Positions 10,825 to 20,736 of a stretch of 64,000 bases of DNA are shown here, piece by piece. Within the stretch, counting starts at the first letter, position 1. Each line of letters begins with the position of its first letter. The position numbers and the translations under genes were made by a program. The stretch is taken from NCBI GenBank assembly GCA_963841435.1, contig CAWJCS010000006.1:1056001-1120000 (forward strand), read 5' to 3'. Source of the stretch: an uncultured delta proteobacterium. GTDB lineage: Bacteria; Myxococcota_A; Polyangia; Polyangiales; Polyangiaceae. The notes beneath the pieces are model-generated. The model had not been told where the DNA came from. It worked only from the letters and a program-made list of their open reading frames with translations, and ran no database searches.

Positions 10825-12917
10825 CGCTGCGGGCCGCCGAGGCCGTCGGCGGCGCGCTCGTGGTGCTCGCTTCGCTCGGCGTGACGCTCATGGCGGCGCC
10901 GGTGGCGCGCCGCGGTGCTTCCGCGGGTGACGGCGGCCCCACGCCGAGCTCGCGGCTCTCGTTCGCGAGCGATGCGAAGGCGTGCGAGAGCTGCCACCCG
11001 AGGCAGGCGGCCGAGTGGCGCCGATCGGCCATGGCGCATGCCGCCGATTCACCGCTGTTCTTGGCGCTCGAGATGCTCGTCGAGGAGCAGATTGGGCGTT
11101 CGGCGGTGTGCCCCGAGGGCGGGGGCGTGCTCCGGGCGCCCGGCGAGGGGGCCTGTCGCGACCCCGCGAGCGGTGAGCTTCTCGCTGGGTCAGGGGGCGA
11201 AGGATTCTGCGTCAAATGCCACGCGCCCGCGCAGAGCCTCGCCGGGCCTTCCCCGTCCTGGGGTGCGCGCGAAGCCGATCGGTTGCCGCTCTCGCGCCTC
11301 CTCGCTGGCGCGGGGCGCGACGGGGTGGGGTGCACGCTGTGCCACGAGCTCTCGGTGCCGCACCGCGCGGCCGTGCGCGAGCGGGGCAACGCGACGTGGC
11401 GGTCGACGACGAGCGGAGCGCTCTTCTCCTTTCGTCCTGACGCGCTCGAACGGGAGGCCGGCGTGGCCAACTCCGGCTACGCGCTCGAGCCGGCGGTGCT
11501 TTTGGGAGCCGAAGGCGACGAACTCGTGCCGGGCGGCGCGCACCGGCGCATGACGGATGGGGAGCGCCGCTACCTCGGTTCGAGCAAGCTCTGCGGCACG
11601 TGCCACGACGTGCGGCTGTTCGGCACCGACGTCCTCGGGAGCGCGCGCGGCGAGCACTTCAAACGTCTGAGGAACGCCTACGGCGAGTGGCTCGACTACG
11701 CGCGCGAGCGCGAGGCGCGCGGCAAGACCGCGGCGTCGTGCCAGAGCTGTCACCTCTCGACGTTTCCCGGCGTCTGCGTGCCCGGGGCGGGGAGTGGTGA
11801 CGAGCCCGGGGCGCTCGCGGACGCCTGTCCCGAGGGGACGCACTTTTCGGAGCGAGAGCCCGGGGCGCTCGCGCGCGGCTTCGTCGCGACCTCCTCGCGC
11901 TCGAGCGCGCGCGTGCACCCGCATTTTTTCAGCGGCGTCGAGGTGCCGCTCGCGCCGAGCTTCGCGCGGGCGCTCGGCGACGAGAGCGTGCTCGACGCCG
12001 CGGGCACGCCGCTCGGAGCGCGCGCGCGTCGCGATCTGTTGCTCGCGCGGAGCGTCACGCTCACGCTCGGCGCCGTGGGGCGCACGGCGCGTGGCGTCGA
12101 GGTCCCCGTGACGGTCGAAAACGTGGCGGCGGGTCACCGCGTGCCCGCGGGTTTCAGCCAGGAGCGCGAGCTCTGGGTGCACCTTCGCGTCACCGACGCG
12201 CGCGGAAGCACCGTTTACGAGGTGGGACGCGTCGAGCGTCCCGACGAGGATCTCGCCGACAAACGTTTCGTGGCCGTTCGGACCGACGACGGCGAGCTCG
12301 ACGCGCTCGGGCGGCCGCTCGGCTTGTTCGGCGCGGATGTGGTCGACGGGCCCGACGTTCCGCGCTGGGACCCGCCACCCGACCGCGGCGGAACGCGCTT
12401 TTTCGGCCGGGGCCTCGCGAGCTTCCAGAACGGCTTTCTTCGCTGCGTGCGCTGCATCGGTACGATCGACGCGAGCGGCCGGTGTCAGCCGCTCTCCGGA
12501 CAGGAGGGCGCGCGCGCCGATCGCTTCGCCGACGGCGACTACGATCCGGAAACGGGCGAGTGCCGGTCGAACCTCGCTGGGCGCGAAGCACTATTCGAGA
12601 CGTACTTCCCAGTGGGTGCGCTCGACGCGACGCGCGGCATCGCCAAGGCGCCGGACGCCATCATCGACACGCGCTCGCTGCCGCCAGAACGTCCGGTGAC
12701 GTACGTCTACCGGCTCGACGCGCCGCCCGGTCCGCTCGTCGTCGAGGCGCGCCTCATGTTTCGCGCCTTTCCGCCGTATCTCCTGCGAGCCTTTGCCGCC
12801 TACGAGCAGCGAATGGCCGCCCTCGGGCGCCGCCCCGACGGGCCGCTCTTCGGCGAGGACGCGCTCGAACGGCTCGATCTCGTGGAGCTCGCGCGCGCGC
12901 GCGTCGTTGCGGACTGA
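10821..12917 (+). CDS. Exported multiheme c-type cytochrome (5 CxxCH)
   Basis: CESCH, CVKCH, CTLCH, CGTCH, CQSCH; N-terminal signal/TM; GHRVPAG motif; GTGA overlap with the kinase stop. Confidence 0.85.
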   Translation: MTLRAAEAVGGALVVLASLGVTLMAAPVARRGASAGDGGPTPSSRLSFASDAKACESCHPRQAAEWRRSAMAHAADSPLFLALEMLVEEQIGRSAVCPEGGGVLRAPGEGACRDPASGELLAGSGGEGFCVKCHAPAQSLAGPSPSWGAREADRLPLSRLLAGAGRDGVGCTLCHELSVPHRAAVRERGNATWRSTTSGALFSFRPDALEREAGVANSGYALEPAVLLGAEGDELVPGGAHRRMTDGERRYLGSSKLCGTCHDVRLFGTDVLGSARGEHFKRLRNAYGEWLDYAREREARGKTAASCQSCHLSTFPGVCVPGAGSGDEPGALADACPEGTHFSEREPGALARGFVATSSRSSARVHPHFFSGVEVPLAPSFARALGDESVLDAAGTPLGARARRDLLLARSVTLTLGAVGRTARGVEVPVTVENVAAGHRVPAGFSQERELWVHLRVTDARGSTVYEVGRVERPDEDLADKRFVAVRTDDGELDALGRPLGLFGADVVDGPDVPRWDPPPDRGGTRFFGRGLASFQNGFLRCVRCIGTIDASGRCQPLSGQEGARADRFADGDYDPETGECRSNLAGREALFETYFPVGALDATRGIAKAPDAIIDTRSLPPERPVTYVYRLDAPPGPLVVEARLMFRAFPPYLLRAFAAYEQRMAALGRRPDGPLFGEDALERLDLVELARARVVAD

Positions 12918-12918
12918 C

Positions 12919-15141
12919 ATGGCGACGGACGGGCCTGCACTCGATCCTCGCGAGCTCGCGGCTGTGTTCACCCGGGCGCCGCTCGCCGCTCTCGACGCCC
13001 GGGGGCGCGCGGACCTCGCGCTCGCGGCGCGCGTGCGGCGCCTCGACCCCGGCACGATGCTGTTCGGCGGCGGCGCGACGGCCGATTCGCTCTTCGTCGT
13101 CGCACGAGGCGCGCTCGTGGTCGACGAGGAGGGCGGCCCGCGGACGCACGGTGAAGGGGAGCTCTTCGGTCGCGAGGCGCTCGTGCCGGGTGCGCGACGC
13201 TCGGGTGCGGCGGTCGCGCGCGAGTCGAGCGCGGTGCTCGAGCTGCCGCTCGGTGTGCTGCGCCGGGTGCTCGCACGCTCGGGAGCCGGCGCCGAGCTCG
13301 CGCGTGCGGAGCGCGACGCGCGTGCGGCGGCCTTCGGCCGGCTGGTTTCGGCGAGCGAGCTCGGGCGGAGCCTCGACGCGCCGGGCCGGACGCGCCTGCT
13401 CGGTGCGTTGCGCGAGGAGGCGCTTTTTCCCGGGCGCGTGCTCGTCGGGGCGGGCGCGCGCTCCGAGGTCGCGTACGTCGTGGCGTCCGGGCTCGTCGAG
13501 CTCCGCGCGACGGACGGCGGCCGCGTCTTCGTGACACGCGGGGAGCTCTTCGGGCTCGCTCAGGCTCTCTCGCGAGAGCCCTGGCAGGTGACCGTGACGG
13601 CGCTCGGCGACGGCGTGGCGCTCGCCGTTCCTCGCGACACCCTCGTTGCGCTCGAAGAGCGGCACCCGCGCGCCGTGCGCGCCGAGCTCGAACGCCAGGC
13701 GAGCCGCGGCGGGCGTCCGGGGGCCGGGTGGCGCGGCGGCTCGGCCCTGCCGACACGACGCGCCGAGGACGAGCTACCGCGCCTCGCGGCGGCTCGCTCG
13801 CTGCTCGCCATCGATCTTTCGAGCTGTGTCGAATGCGGACACTGCGCCGCGGCGTGCGCCGAGACCCACGGCAGCGCGCGCCTCTCGCGCCGGGGTCCGA
13901 AGACGACCGTGCTGGTGAGTGACGGGGCGGCGGTGCGCGCGCACGCTTTCGTCTTGCCCACGGCGTGCCAGCACTGCCGTGATCCCGTCTGCCTGCCGGA
14001 ATGCCCGACAGGCGCCATCGTGCGCAACGAGCGCGGCGCCGTGCTCGTGCGGGAGGCCGCCTGCACCGGGTGCGGTGCCTGCGTTTCGGCCTGTCCCTGG
14101 GATGCCGTCGCGCTCGTGCCCCGCGAGAAGGGGGTGCCCGAGCCGCCCGGCGTGGCCTCGGCCTTCGTGGCCGCCAAATGCGACCTTTGCGACGGCCGCG
14201 AGGGGCCCGAGTGCGTCGCGGCCTGCCCGACCGGCGCCATCCTCCGCATCGACCCCGAGCGCGAATTGCCCGAGGTGCGCGCGGCGCTCGCGCTTCTGCC
14301 TCGCCACGTCGAGAGGGCGACGGCCCCGCGTCATGCCCGGCACTGGCTCGTCGCGGGGGCGCTCGCGCCGCTCGCGCTCGCCGTCGTCACCGTGCACGTC
14401 ACCGCGCCGGCCACGCTCGGCAGTGGCGTCGCCGCGCTCGTTCCCTGCGCGCTCCTTTGCCTGCACGGCTGGGTGAAGCGTCGCGCCGCCGCACGCGCGC
14501 TCGCCGTTCGAATCGTGCGGCGGTTCGGCGCGGGCTCGGCGCTCCCGGCGCTTTTGCGCGTGCACGCGGTCCTCGGTGCGGCCGCGGCGGGGGCCGTTTC
14601 CTGGCACGCCGGTTTCATGCTTCACGCGGGCGTGAGCGGCGCGCTCGCTCTTTCATTTTTCGCCTCGACGCTGACGGGCGTGTTGGGCGCGCTCGGCTAT
14701 GCGTTCATCCCGAGGCGCCGTGCGCGCCTGGTCGGCAGGGGAGCCTTGCCGGAGGACGACGCCGCACGCCAAGCCGACCTCGAGCGGCAGCGCTTTCAGT
14801 TGCTCACGGGCCAGAACGCAGCCCTGCAGGCGCTCGCGCGCACGCTGCTCGTGCCTTACGCGTCGTCGCGCGTGGGCGCGCTCCTGCTTGCGCTCTCGAA
14901 GCGAACGTCCGGGGACGAAGTGCGTGCGCTCGAGGACCGCGTGAGCGCCATGCTCGGCGGGCGCTCGAGCGCTCGCCTCGCCGCGGCGCCTCGCCTCGTC
15001 GAGCTCAGCGTCGCCTTGCGCCTGCTCCGGGCGGAGCGGTACACGAGCCTCGCGCTGCGCGCCTTCGTGCCGCTGCACCTGGTGCTCGCCGTTCTCGTCG
15101 GGGCGCTCGTCGTCCTGCACGTCGTCGGGGTATCGTCGTGA
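12919..15141 (+). CDS. Tandem cyclic-nucleotide-binding domains + multi-[4Fe-4S] ferredoxin domain + C-terminal membrane domain
   Basis: GELFGREAL and GELFG cNMP-like motifs; CVECGHCAAAC, CQHCRDPVCLPECP, CTGCGACVSACP, KCDLC...CVAACP (DmsB/NrfC-type); hydrophobic C-terminal helices containing His residues. Confidence 0.85.
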   Translation: MATDGPALDPRELAAVFTRAPLAALDARGRADLALAARVRRLDPGTMLFGGGATADSLFVVARGALVVDEEGGPRTHGEGELFGREALVPGARRSGAAVARESSAVLELPLGVLRRVLARSGAGAELARAERDARAAAFGRLVSASELGRSLDAPGRTRLLGALREEALFPGRVLVGAGARSEVAYVVASGLVELRATDGGRVFVTRGELFGLAQALSREPWQVTVTALGDGVALAVPRDTLVALEERHPRAVRAELERQASRGGRPGAGWRGGSALPTRRAEDELPRLAAARSLLAIDLSSCVECGHCAAACAETHGSARLSRRGPKTTVLVSDGAAVRAHAFVLPTACQHCRDPVCLPECPTGAIVRNERGAVLVREAACTGCGACVSACPWDAVALVPREKGVPEPPGVASAFVAAKCDLCDGREGPECVAACPTGAILRIDPERELPEVRAALALLPRHVERATAPRHARHWLVAGALAPLALAVVTVHVTAPATLGSGVAALVPCALLCLHGWVKRRAAARALAVRIVRRFGAGSALPALLRVHAVLGAAAAGAVSWHAGFMLHAGVSGALALSFFASTLTGVLGALGYAFIPRRRARLVGRGALPEDDAARQADLERQRFQLLTGQNAALQALARTLLVPYASSRVGALLLALSKRTSGDEVRALEDRVSAMLGGRSSARLAAAPRLVELSVALRLLRAERYTSLALRAFVPLHLVLAVLVGALVVLHVVGVSS

Positions 15142-17114
15142 CCGAGCGAGCGCGAGCGGGGACGCGCCGAGCGGCGCTCGGCCGCAGCGACGGCGACGTT
15201 CGTCGCTTCGCGGCGCTCGTTCCGGCGCTCGCGCTCGGCGCGGCCGTGCTCGTCGCCGGGCTCGCGATGCTCGACGGCCCAGGCGCGCTCGTTTCGCCGG
15301 GTCCGCTCGCCCCCGCGCACCGCGCGCTCGGGTGCTCGGATTGCCACGCGGCGGGGCGCGCCGAGGCGAGCTGCGGCGGCTGCCATGGCGCCCACCCCTC
15401 GGAGCGCGCCGGCCACCGCGCCCTCGTCGCCGCGGGCAAGCTCGGCTGCAGGTCGTGCCACGCGGCTCACGACGGAGGGCGTGGCGTGCGGTTCGAGCCG
15501 GATGGGCGCGTCGTGTCGTACGGCGGGGCGCACGAGGTCGAGCTCGGCGAGCGCGGCGCAACGGGGCTCCGCGCCGCGCTCGCCGTGCCGTTCGTTCCCG
15601 CGCGCCGCTGCGAACGCTGCCACGACCTTGGCCGAGCGAGCGATGCGGCGGCGCACTGCGTGCTCCCCGGCTCCTCCCGCGACGAGCCCATCCTGTGCTT
15701 CGACGAGCATCGCGCTCCCGCGCGGGCGAGCGCGGCGACGCCGGCCGAGCGGGACGCGGTGCTCGAGCTCGCGCGGGCGGCGGCGCGCGTGGCGCCCGGC
15801 GCGCTCTCGGCGCGTATCCTGGGCGCGCACGGCGTGCTGCTTGCGGCGGCCCTGGCCGGCGCGCTCGCCTTGCTCGCGCGAGGTCGTCGTGCGCCCGTCC
15901 CGCGACCGGTCGTTTTCGAGCCGGGGGCGGCCCGCCGGTTGCCCGTGATCGATGCCACGCGCTGCCTCGGATGCCACGCCTGCGCCGACGCCTGTCCGTA
16001 CGAGGTGCTCGAGATCCGTCGCTACGTCGCGGTCGTCGCGCGCCCCGACGCCTGCACGGGCGCGGGCCCCTGCGAGGAACGCTGTCCGAACGGCTCGCTC
16101 ACGCTGGCGGAGCTCGTTTCAGAGGACGCGCGCCCGGCGGCGCCCGAAAGCACGCCGCTCGAGCGGGCCCCCGGCCTGTTCGTCGCAGGTGACGCCGCGG
16201 GCGGCGCGCTGATCGCGCGGGCGCTTTCCGATGGCGCAGCCGTCGCCGAGACCGTCGTCGCGCGACAAAGGAGCCTGTCCGGCGTCGGGCCCGCCGACGC
16301 CTTCGACCTGCTCGTCGTCGGGGCGGGCCCGGCGGGTCTCGAGGCGGCGCTCGGCGCCAATCGGCGCGGCGCCCGCGTGCTCGTGCTCGAGCAGGCGAGC
16401 ATCGCCGAGAGCATTCGGCGCTTCTCGCGCAAGAAGCTCGTACTGGATGCCGGCCCGCGTGGCAGGTCCCACGAGCTCTTCGCTGGCGACGTCGAAAAAG
16501 AGGAGCTGATCGAGCGCTGGCTGTACGGCGTGCGCGCGGCGCGGCTCGACGTGCGTGAAGGTTTGCGCGTCGTCGACGCGACGCGCGTCGCCGAGGGCGG
16601 CTTTTGCGTGCGCGCGGTTGACGGTGGGGGGAAAGGGCGGGCATTTGCGGCGCGTCTCGTGCTCGTTGCCGTGGGTCGCCGCGGCACGCCGAAGAAGCTC
16701 GCCGCTCCCGTCGCCGATGCCGCCGTCGGTCGCGTGCACTACGAGCTCGCCGACGCGCGCGCCTTCGCCGGGCAACGCGCGCTCGTGGTCGGGCTCGGCG
16801 ACGTCGCCATGGAGACGGCGCTCGCGCTCGCGGCGCAGCCGGGTACCGAGGTTACCGTCGTCCATCGTGGTCAGGGTTTCGGCCGTGGTCGAAGGCGCAA
16901 CGTCGAGGCGCTCTCCCGGCTCGTGGCGCGGGGCAGGGTGGGGCTCTTGCTCGCGGCTCGAGTCGTCGCCGTCGAGTCCGACCGCGTCCGCATCGACGCG
17001 AAAGGCGGGCCAGCCGCCCTCGCGTACGACGCGTTGTTCGTCGCCATCGGATCGATCCCGAACGATGTCCTCGTCACGAGCGATGGCGTTGCGTTCGGTA
17101 CGAAGAGCGGCTAA
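15138..17114 (+). CDS. Fusion of tetraheme cytochrome c, 2x[4Fe-4S] and an FAD/NAD(P) thioredoxin-reductase-like oxidoreductase
   Basis: GTG 15138 overlaps the upstream stop. CSDCH, CGGCH, CRSCH, CERCH; CLGCHACADACP and CTGAGPCEERCP; VGAGPAG and VVGLGDVA Rossmann motifs. Confidence 0.85.
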   Translation: MTERARAGTRRAALGRSDGDVRRFAALVPALALGAAVLVAGLAMLDGPGALVSPGPLAPAHRALGCSDCHAAGRAEASCGGCHGAHPSERAGHRALVAAGKLGCRSCHAAHDGGRGVRFEPDGRVVSYGGAHEVELGERGATGLRAALAVPFVPARRCERCHDLGRASDAAAHCVLPGSSRDEPILCFDEHRAPARASAATPAERDAVLELARAAARVAPGALSARILGAHGVLLAAALAGALALLARGRRAPVPRPVVFEPGAARRLPVIDATRCLGCHACADACPYEVLEIRRYVAVVARPDACTGAGPCEERCPNGSLTLAELVSEDARPAAPESTPLERAPGLFVAGDAAGGALIARALSDGAAVAETVVARQRSLSGVGPADAFDLLVVGAGPAGLEAALGANRRGARVLVLEQASIAESIRRFSRKKLVLDAGPRGRSHELFAGDVEKEELIERWLYGVRAARLDVREGLRVVDATRVAEGGFCVRAVDGGGKGRAFAARLVLVAVGRRGTPKKLAAPVADAAVGRVHYELADARAFAGQRALVVGLGDVAMETALALAAQPGTEVTVVHRGQGFGRGRRRNVEALSRLVARGRVGLLLAARVVAVESDRVRIDAKGGPAALAYDALFVAIGSIPNDVLVTSDGVAFGTKSG

Positions 17115-17125
17115 CTCATCGTGCC

Positions 17126-18091
17126 ATGGGACTTGGAGCAGCCAGGAAGACGGTTCTTGTGGCAGGCGCCGCGGGCTTTCTCGGCTCGCACTTGGTCGAT
17201 CGCTTGCTCGACGAAGGCTACGAGGTCGTGGGCCTCGACAACCTGATGACGGGCGACCTCGTGAACCTGTCGCGCGCCGCGCGCGACCCGCATTTCCACT
17301 TCCAGGCCGGCGACGTGCGCGAGCCCATGCACGTCTACCCGCAGGTGATCTTCAACTTCGCCTGTCCGGCGTCCCCCAACCACTATCAGCACGATCCCTA
17401 CGCCACCTTCACGACGAGCGTGCTCGGCGCCCAGAACCTCATCCAGATGGCGCGTGGTCGCAGCTGCACGATCATCCATGCCTCGACCTCGGAGGTCTAC
17501 GGTGACCCGACGGTCCACCCGCAGACGGAAAACTACTGGGGCAACGTCAACCCGATCGGCGAACGCGCCTGCTACGACGAGGGCAAGCGCGGCGCCGAGA
17601 CGCTGCTCATGGACGCGAGCCGGGTCTGGAAGCTCGACACGCGCATCGTGCGCATCTTCAACACCTACGGTCCGCGCATGGCCTTCAACGATGGGCGCGT
17701 GGTCTCGAACTTCATCGTGCAGGCGCTCGAAAATCGGCCCGTCACGCTGTTCGGCGAGGGCAAGCAGACGCGCTCTTTCTGCTTCGTCAACGACCTCATC
17801 GAGGGCTTCGTGCGCGTCTCGCGGCTCGACCGGCTCGACGGACCGATGAATCTCGGCAACCCCGAGGAATTCACGATCGTCGAGCTCGCCAACGAGGTCA
17901 TTCGCCTGACGGGCTCCCGGTCGACCCTCGAGTTTCGGCCCTTGCCCGCCGATGACCCCAAGCAGCGCCGTCCAGACATCGGCAAGGCGCGGAGCCTGAT
18001 CCAGTTCGAGCCCAACATCGAGCTTGCCCAGGGGCTCGAGCGCACCATCAAGGACTTCAAGGAGCGCCTGACCGAACGCCGCCCCACATGA
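17126..18091 (+). CDS. UDP-glucuronate decarboxylase (UXS-like NAD-dependent epimerase/dehydratase)
   Basis: GAAGFLGSHL, ACPASP, ASTSEVYGDP, YWGNVNPIG, CYDEGKR, RIFNTYGP motifs. Confidence 0.93.
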   Translation: MGLGAARKTVLVAGAAGFLGSHLVDRLLDEGYEVVGLDNLMTGDLVNLSRAARDPHFHFQAGDVREPMHVYPQVIFNFACPASPNHYQHDPYATFTTSVLGAQNLIQMARGRSCTIIHASTSEVYGDPTVHPQTENYWGNVNPIGERACYDEGKRGAETLLMDASRVWKLDTRIVRIFNTYGPRMAFNDGRVVSNFIVQALENRPVTLFGEGKQTRSFCFVNDLIEGFVRVSRLDRLDGPMNLGNPEEFTIVELANEVIRLTGSRSTLEFRPLPADDPKQRRPDIGKARSLIQFEPNIELAQGLERTIKDFKERLTERRPT

Positions 18092-18573
18092 GGCGTCGGC
18101 TCGTCATCGGCGCGCTCGAGCCCGTCAACATTCCGGCCTGGGGCGTGTTCGGAATCGACGCACGCGTCGATACGGGGGCGCTCACGAGCGCGCTGCACGT
18201 CGAGAACCTGCGTGAGCTCGGCGGGGGGCGCGTGGCGTTCGACGTGCGCGTGAAGGCTCGCGGCAGGGGAGCGACGACGGGCGTCGTCGCGACGGTGGCG
18301 CGCCGCGGTCGGGTGCGCTCGTCGAACGGCGGACTCTCCGTTCGCTTGTTCGTCGCCGCGCGCGTGCAGCTTGGCCCCGTGCTCCGGCGCGTCGAGGTCG
18401 GGCTCGTCGACCGCCGGAGCATGACGTACCGCATGTTGCTGGGGCGAACGGCCCTCGCCGGCTACTTTCTCGTCGACCCCGCCGCGGAGCGAACGCTCGC
18501 TAGCCGTCGCCCGAAACCAGCGCCCGCGTCGCTCAGAAAGCGAGCTTTGACGCGCCGACCTGGTTCCGCTTGA
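18088..18573 (+). CDS. RimK-associated putative protease (retropepsin-like, 'ATP-dependent zinc protease' family)
   Basis: ARVDTGALTSALH, VRSSNG, RRSMTYRMLLGR motifs. Confidence 0.85.
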   Translation: MRRRLVIGALEPVNIPAWGVFGIDARVDTGALTSALHVENLRELGGGRVAFDVRVKARGRGATTGVVATVARRGRVRSSNGGLSVRLFVAARVQLGPVLRRVEVGLVDRRSMTYRMLLGRTALAGYFLVDPAAERTLASRRPKPAPASLRKRALTRRPGSA

Positions 18574-20002
18574 GCGAGGCCTTGTCGCGCTCCGCTCGCT
18601 CGTCGGCCGCGATGCTCGCGGGCGGCTCGGCAAAGCCTTCGCGCGCGGCGTCGAGCGCTTCGAGCTGCCGGTCGAAGCGGCGCCCGAGCGCAGCGACCTC
18701 GCCCTTCGGTGCGGCGGCGACGGCCGCAGCGCGGCTCTGTTGGACCTCGGCGGCCTTCTGGGCGACGCGCCGGCGAGCGCCTTCGCTATCGCCCTTGCGG
18801 AACAGCTCGTTGGCGTCGGTGAGGGCGACGGTGGTGGTGCTGCGAGCGACGCGTTCCTCGACGAGCGGATCGATGCGCGAGCGCGAGCCGTCGCTCGTGA
18901 ACGCCACGAACAGGCGACCATCGCAGGTCGCGTCGTGACCATCCCTGAGATCGGTGTAGTCGAGGTGGGCGTTCAGAACTTCGCGGTCGCCGGGCGCGCC
19001 GCCGTCCACGCGCAAACGCGCGAGCAGCGTCCGCTCCTCGCCGGCCGACATGATGCCGAGGTCGACGACGACGCGCGAGCCCTCTCGCCGGAAGCTGCGG
19101 TCCGCGACGTCCAAGAGCTCGACGCCGGGCGCGAGCTCGAGCGAGAGTGACACGTCGCGCGCGACCGAGCGCTCGAGCCCTCCGAGCTCGCGCTCGAACA
19201 CGCCGGCCAGGCCCGCCGGGCCCTCGACGAAGTGGTGGTTGCCGTTGGTATTGGCGGCGATCGCCGCCATCATCTGCTCGTTGTAGTCGACGCCGAGCCC
19301 GATCGTGCTGATCGTCGCGCCCGCCGCGCGGACCCGCTCGGTGAAGCGTCGCATGCCGTTCACGCTGGTTTCGCCGCGCGTCGCCTGCCCGTCGGAGAGC
19401 AAAAGGACGCGGCTCACGAACCCCGCGCGCTCCCGCAAGAGGTCGGCGCTCTCTTCGAGCGCACACGAAATGCACGTGTCGCCGCCCGACGTGATGCCGG
19501 AGAGCGCCCGCTCGACGCGCTCGCGGCTCGAGGCGTCAACCGTGGTCGGCGACACGAGCACGCGCGCGGTCGTCTGGTAGTCGATGACGCTCACGAGGTC
19601 GCCATCGCGGAGCTTATGCGTGGCGCGCTTGGCCGCGTCGATGGCGTCGTCGAGCTTCTTGCCCTCCATCGAGCCCGAACGGTCGATGAGGATCGAAAGG
19701 TGCCGGTGCGACTCGCGCCCGATGGCGGAGCGGTCCGCTCGAACGGCGATGAAGGCGAATTCTTCCTGCTCGCTGCCGGCCGGCAGGCGCGCGTGCCCGA
19801 GCCGCCCCTCGATGCGCAGAAGATCGCCCCCCTCGAACACCGGGCCGCGGGTGCTGGTCGGGACGAGCGGACGATCGGGACGGCGGGGTGCGGTGCGTTC
19901 CGAGCCCACCGAGCGTTCGGGTCGAGCCGAAAGCGAGCGGACGCCGAGGCTCGTGACCAACATTCCCAGGGCGGCGAGCGCCCCCACGGTGCGAATTTTC
20001 AT
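18533..20002 (-). CDS. VWA-domain protein (YfbK-like)
   Basis: LIDRSGSM MIDAS motif, LLLSDG, TIGLGVDYNE; signal peptide after ATG 20002. Confidence 0.88.
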   Translation of the reverse strand: MKIRTVGALAALGMLVTSLGVRSLSARPERSVGSERTAPRRPDRPLVPTSTRGPVFEGGDLLRIEGRLGHARLPAGSEQEEFAFIAVRADRSAIGRESHRHLSILIDRSGSMEGKKLDDAIDAAKRATHKLRDGDLVSVIDYQTTARVLVSPTTVDASSRERVERALSGITSGGDTCISCALEESADLLRERAGFVSRVLLLSDGQATRGETSVNGMRRFTERVRAAGATISTIGLGVDYNEQMMAAIAANTNGNHHFVEGPAGLAGVFERELGGLERSVARDVSLSLELAPGVELLDVADRSFRREGSRVVVDLGIMSAGEERTLLARLRVDGGAPGDREVLNAHLDYTDLRDGHDATCDGRLFVAFTSDGSRSRIDPLVEERVARSTTTVALTDANELFRKGDSEGARRRVAQKAAEVQQSRAAAVAAAPKGEVAALGRRFDRQLEALDAAREGFAEPPASIAADERAERDKASLKRNQVGASKLAF

Positions 20003-20181
20003 GGCTGTCTCCCGAGAACGCTCGACGGGCGAAAGGCTTACAGCCGACCCGAAGCGGCCGGATTTCTGTATCGTCGAGCGGAGCTTCCCTACGCGCGACG
20101 CTGGCGGAGGATCTGGCCCCTGTCCTCGGGCCCGAGGCAAAAGAGACCTTCGAGTCTTTTGAGGACGCCCCGAGCTCTTCG

Positions 20182-20667
20182 ATGAACCCCGCCAATCACC
20201 CCGACTTCTTTCGTCGCCCGCCCCCCGAGGGGCGTTCGCGTGAGAGCACCATCCGGCTCGACCGCGAGGGGCGCTTCTTTCACGACGGCGAGCCGGTCAC
20301 ACATCCCCGCATGGCGCGCGCCTTCGCGGGCTGGATCGGGCGCCACCCCGACGACGACCGCTACGTGCTCTCGAACGGGTGGGACTGGACCTACATCACC
20401 GTCGAGGACGCGCCCTACGTCGTCGAAGGCATCCAGAAAACAGAGGCTGGGCTCCTCCTTCGACTCTTCGATGGCAGTGAAGAGCTGCTCCGGCCCGAGG
20501 CGCTCAGGCTCGACCCCGAGGGGCGGCTGCGCACCGCCGTGAAGGGGGGCGCTTTCGAGGCGGTGTTCTCGCGGAGCGCGCAGCTTGCCATCGAGCCGTC
20601 TCTCGAGGAGGGCTCCGACGGGCGCCCGCTCCTCTCGATTCTAGGCGTACGGTACGAGCTTCGTTGA
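20182..20667 (+). CDS. DUF1285-like protein
   Basis: IRLDREGRFFHDGEPVTH...ITVEDAPYVV pattern. Confidence 0.75.
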   Translation: MNPANHPDFFRRPPPEGRSRESTIRLDREGRFFHDGEPVTHPRMARAFAGWIGRHPDDDRYVLSNGWDWTYITVEDAPYVVEGIQKTEAGLLLRLFDGSEELLRPEALRLDPEGRLRTAVKGGAFEAVFSRSAQLAIEPSLEEGSDGRPLLSILGVRYELR

Positions 20668-20736
20668 GCGGCTTCTGGCCTTCCGGCCGCTTCCTCGCGG
20701 ACGATCCACCAAAGTGGTGCTAGAAGGGCCGCCCTC

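Noticed and set aside
14001-15137. N-terminal 379 aa of the 1037-aa ORF
   Set aside because: Arg-rich off-frame overlap with the cNMP/Fe-S gene; the credible start is the coupled GTG at 15138.
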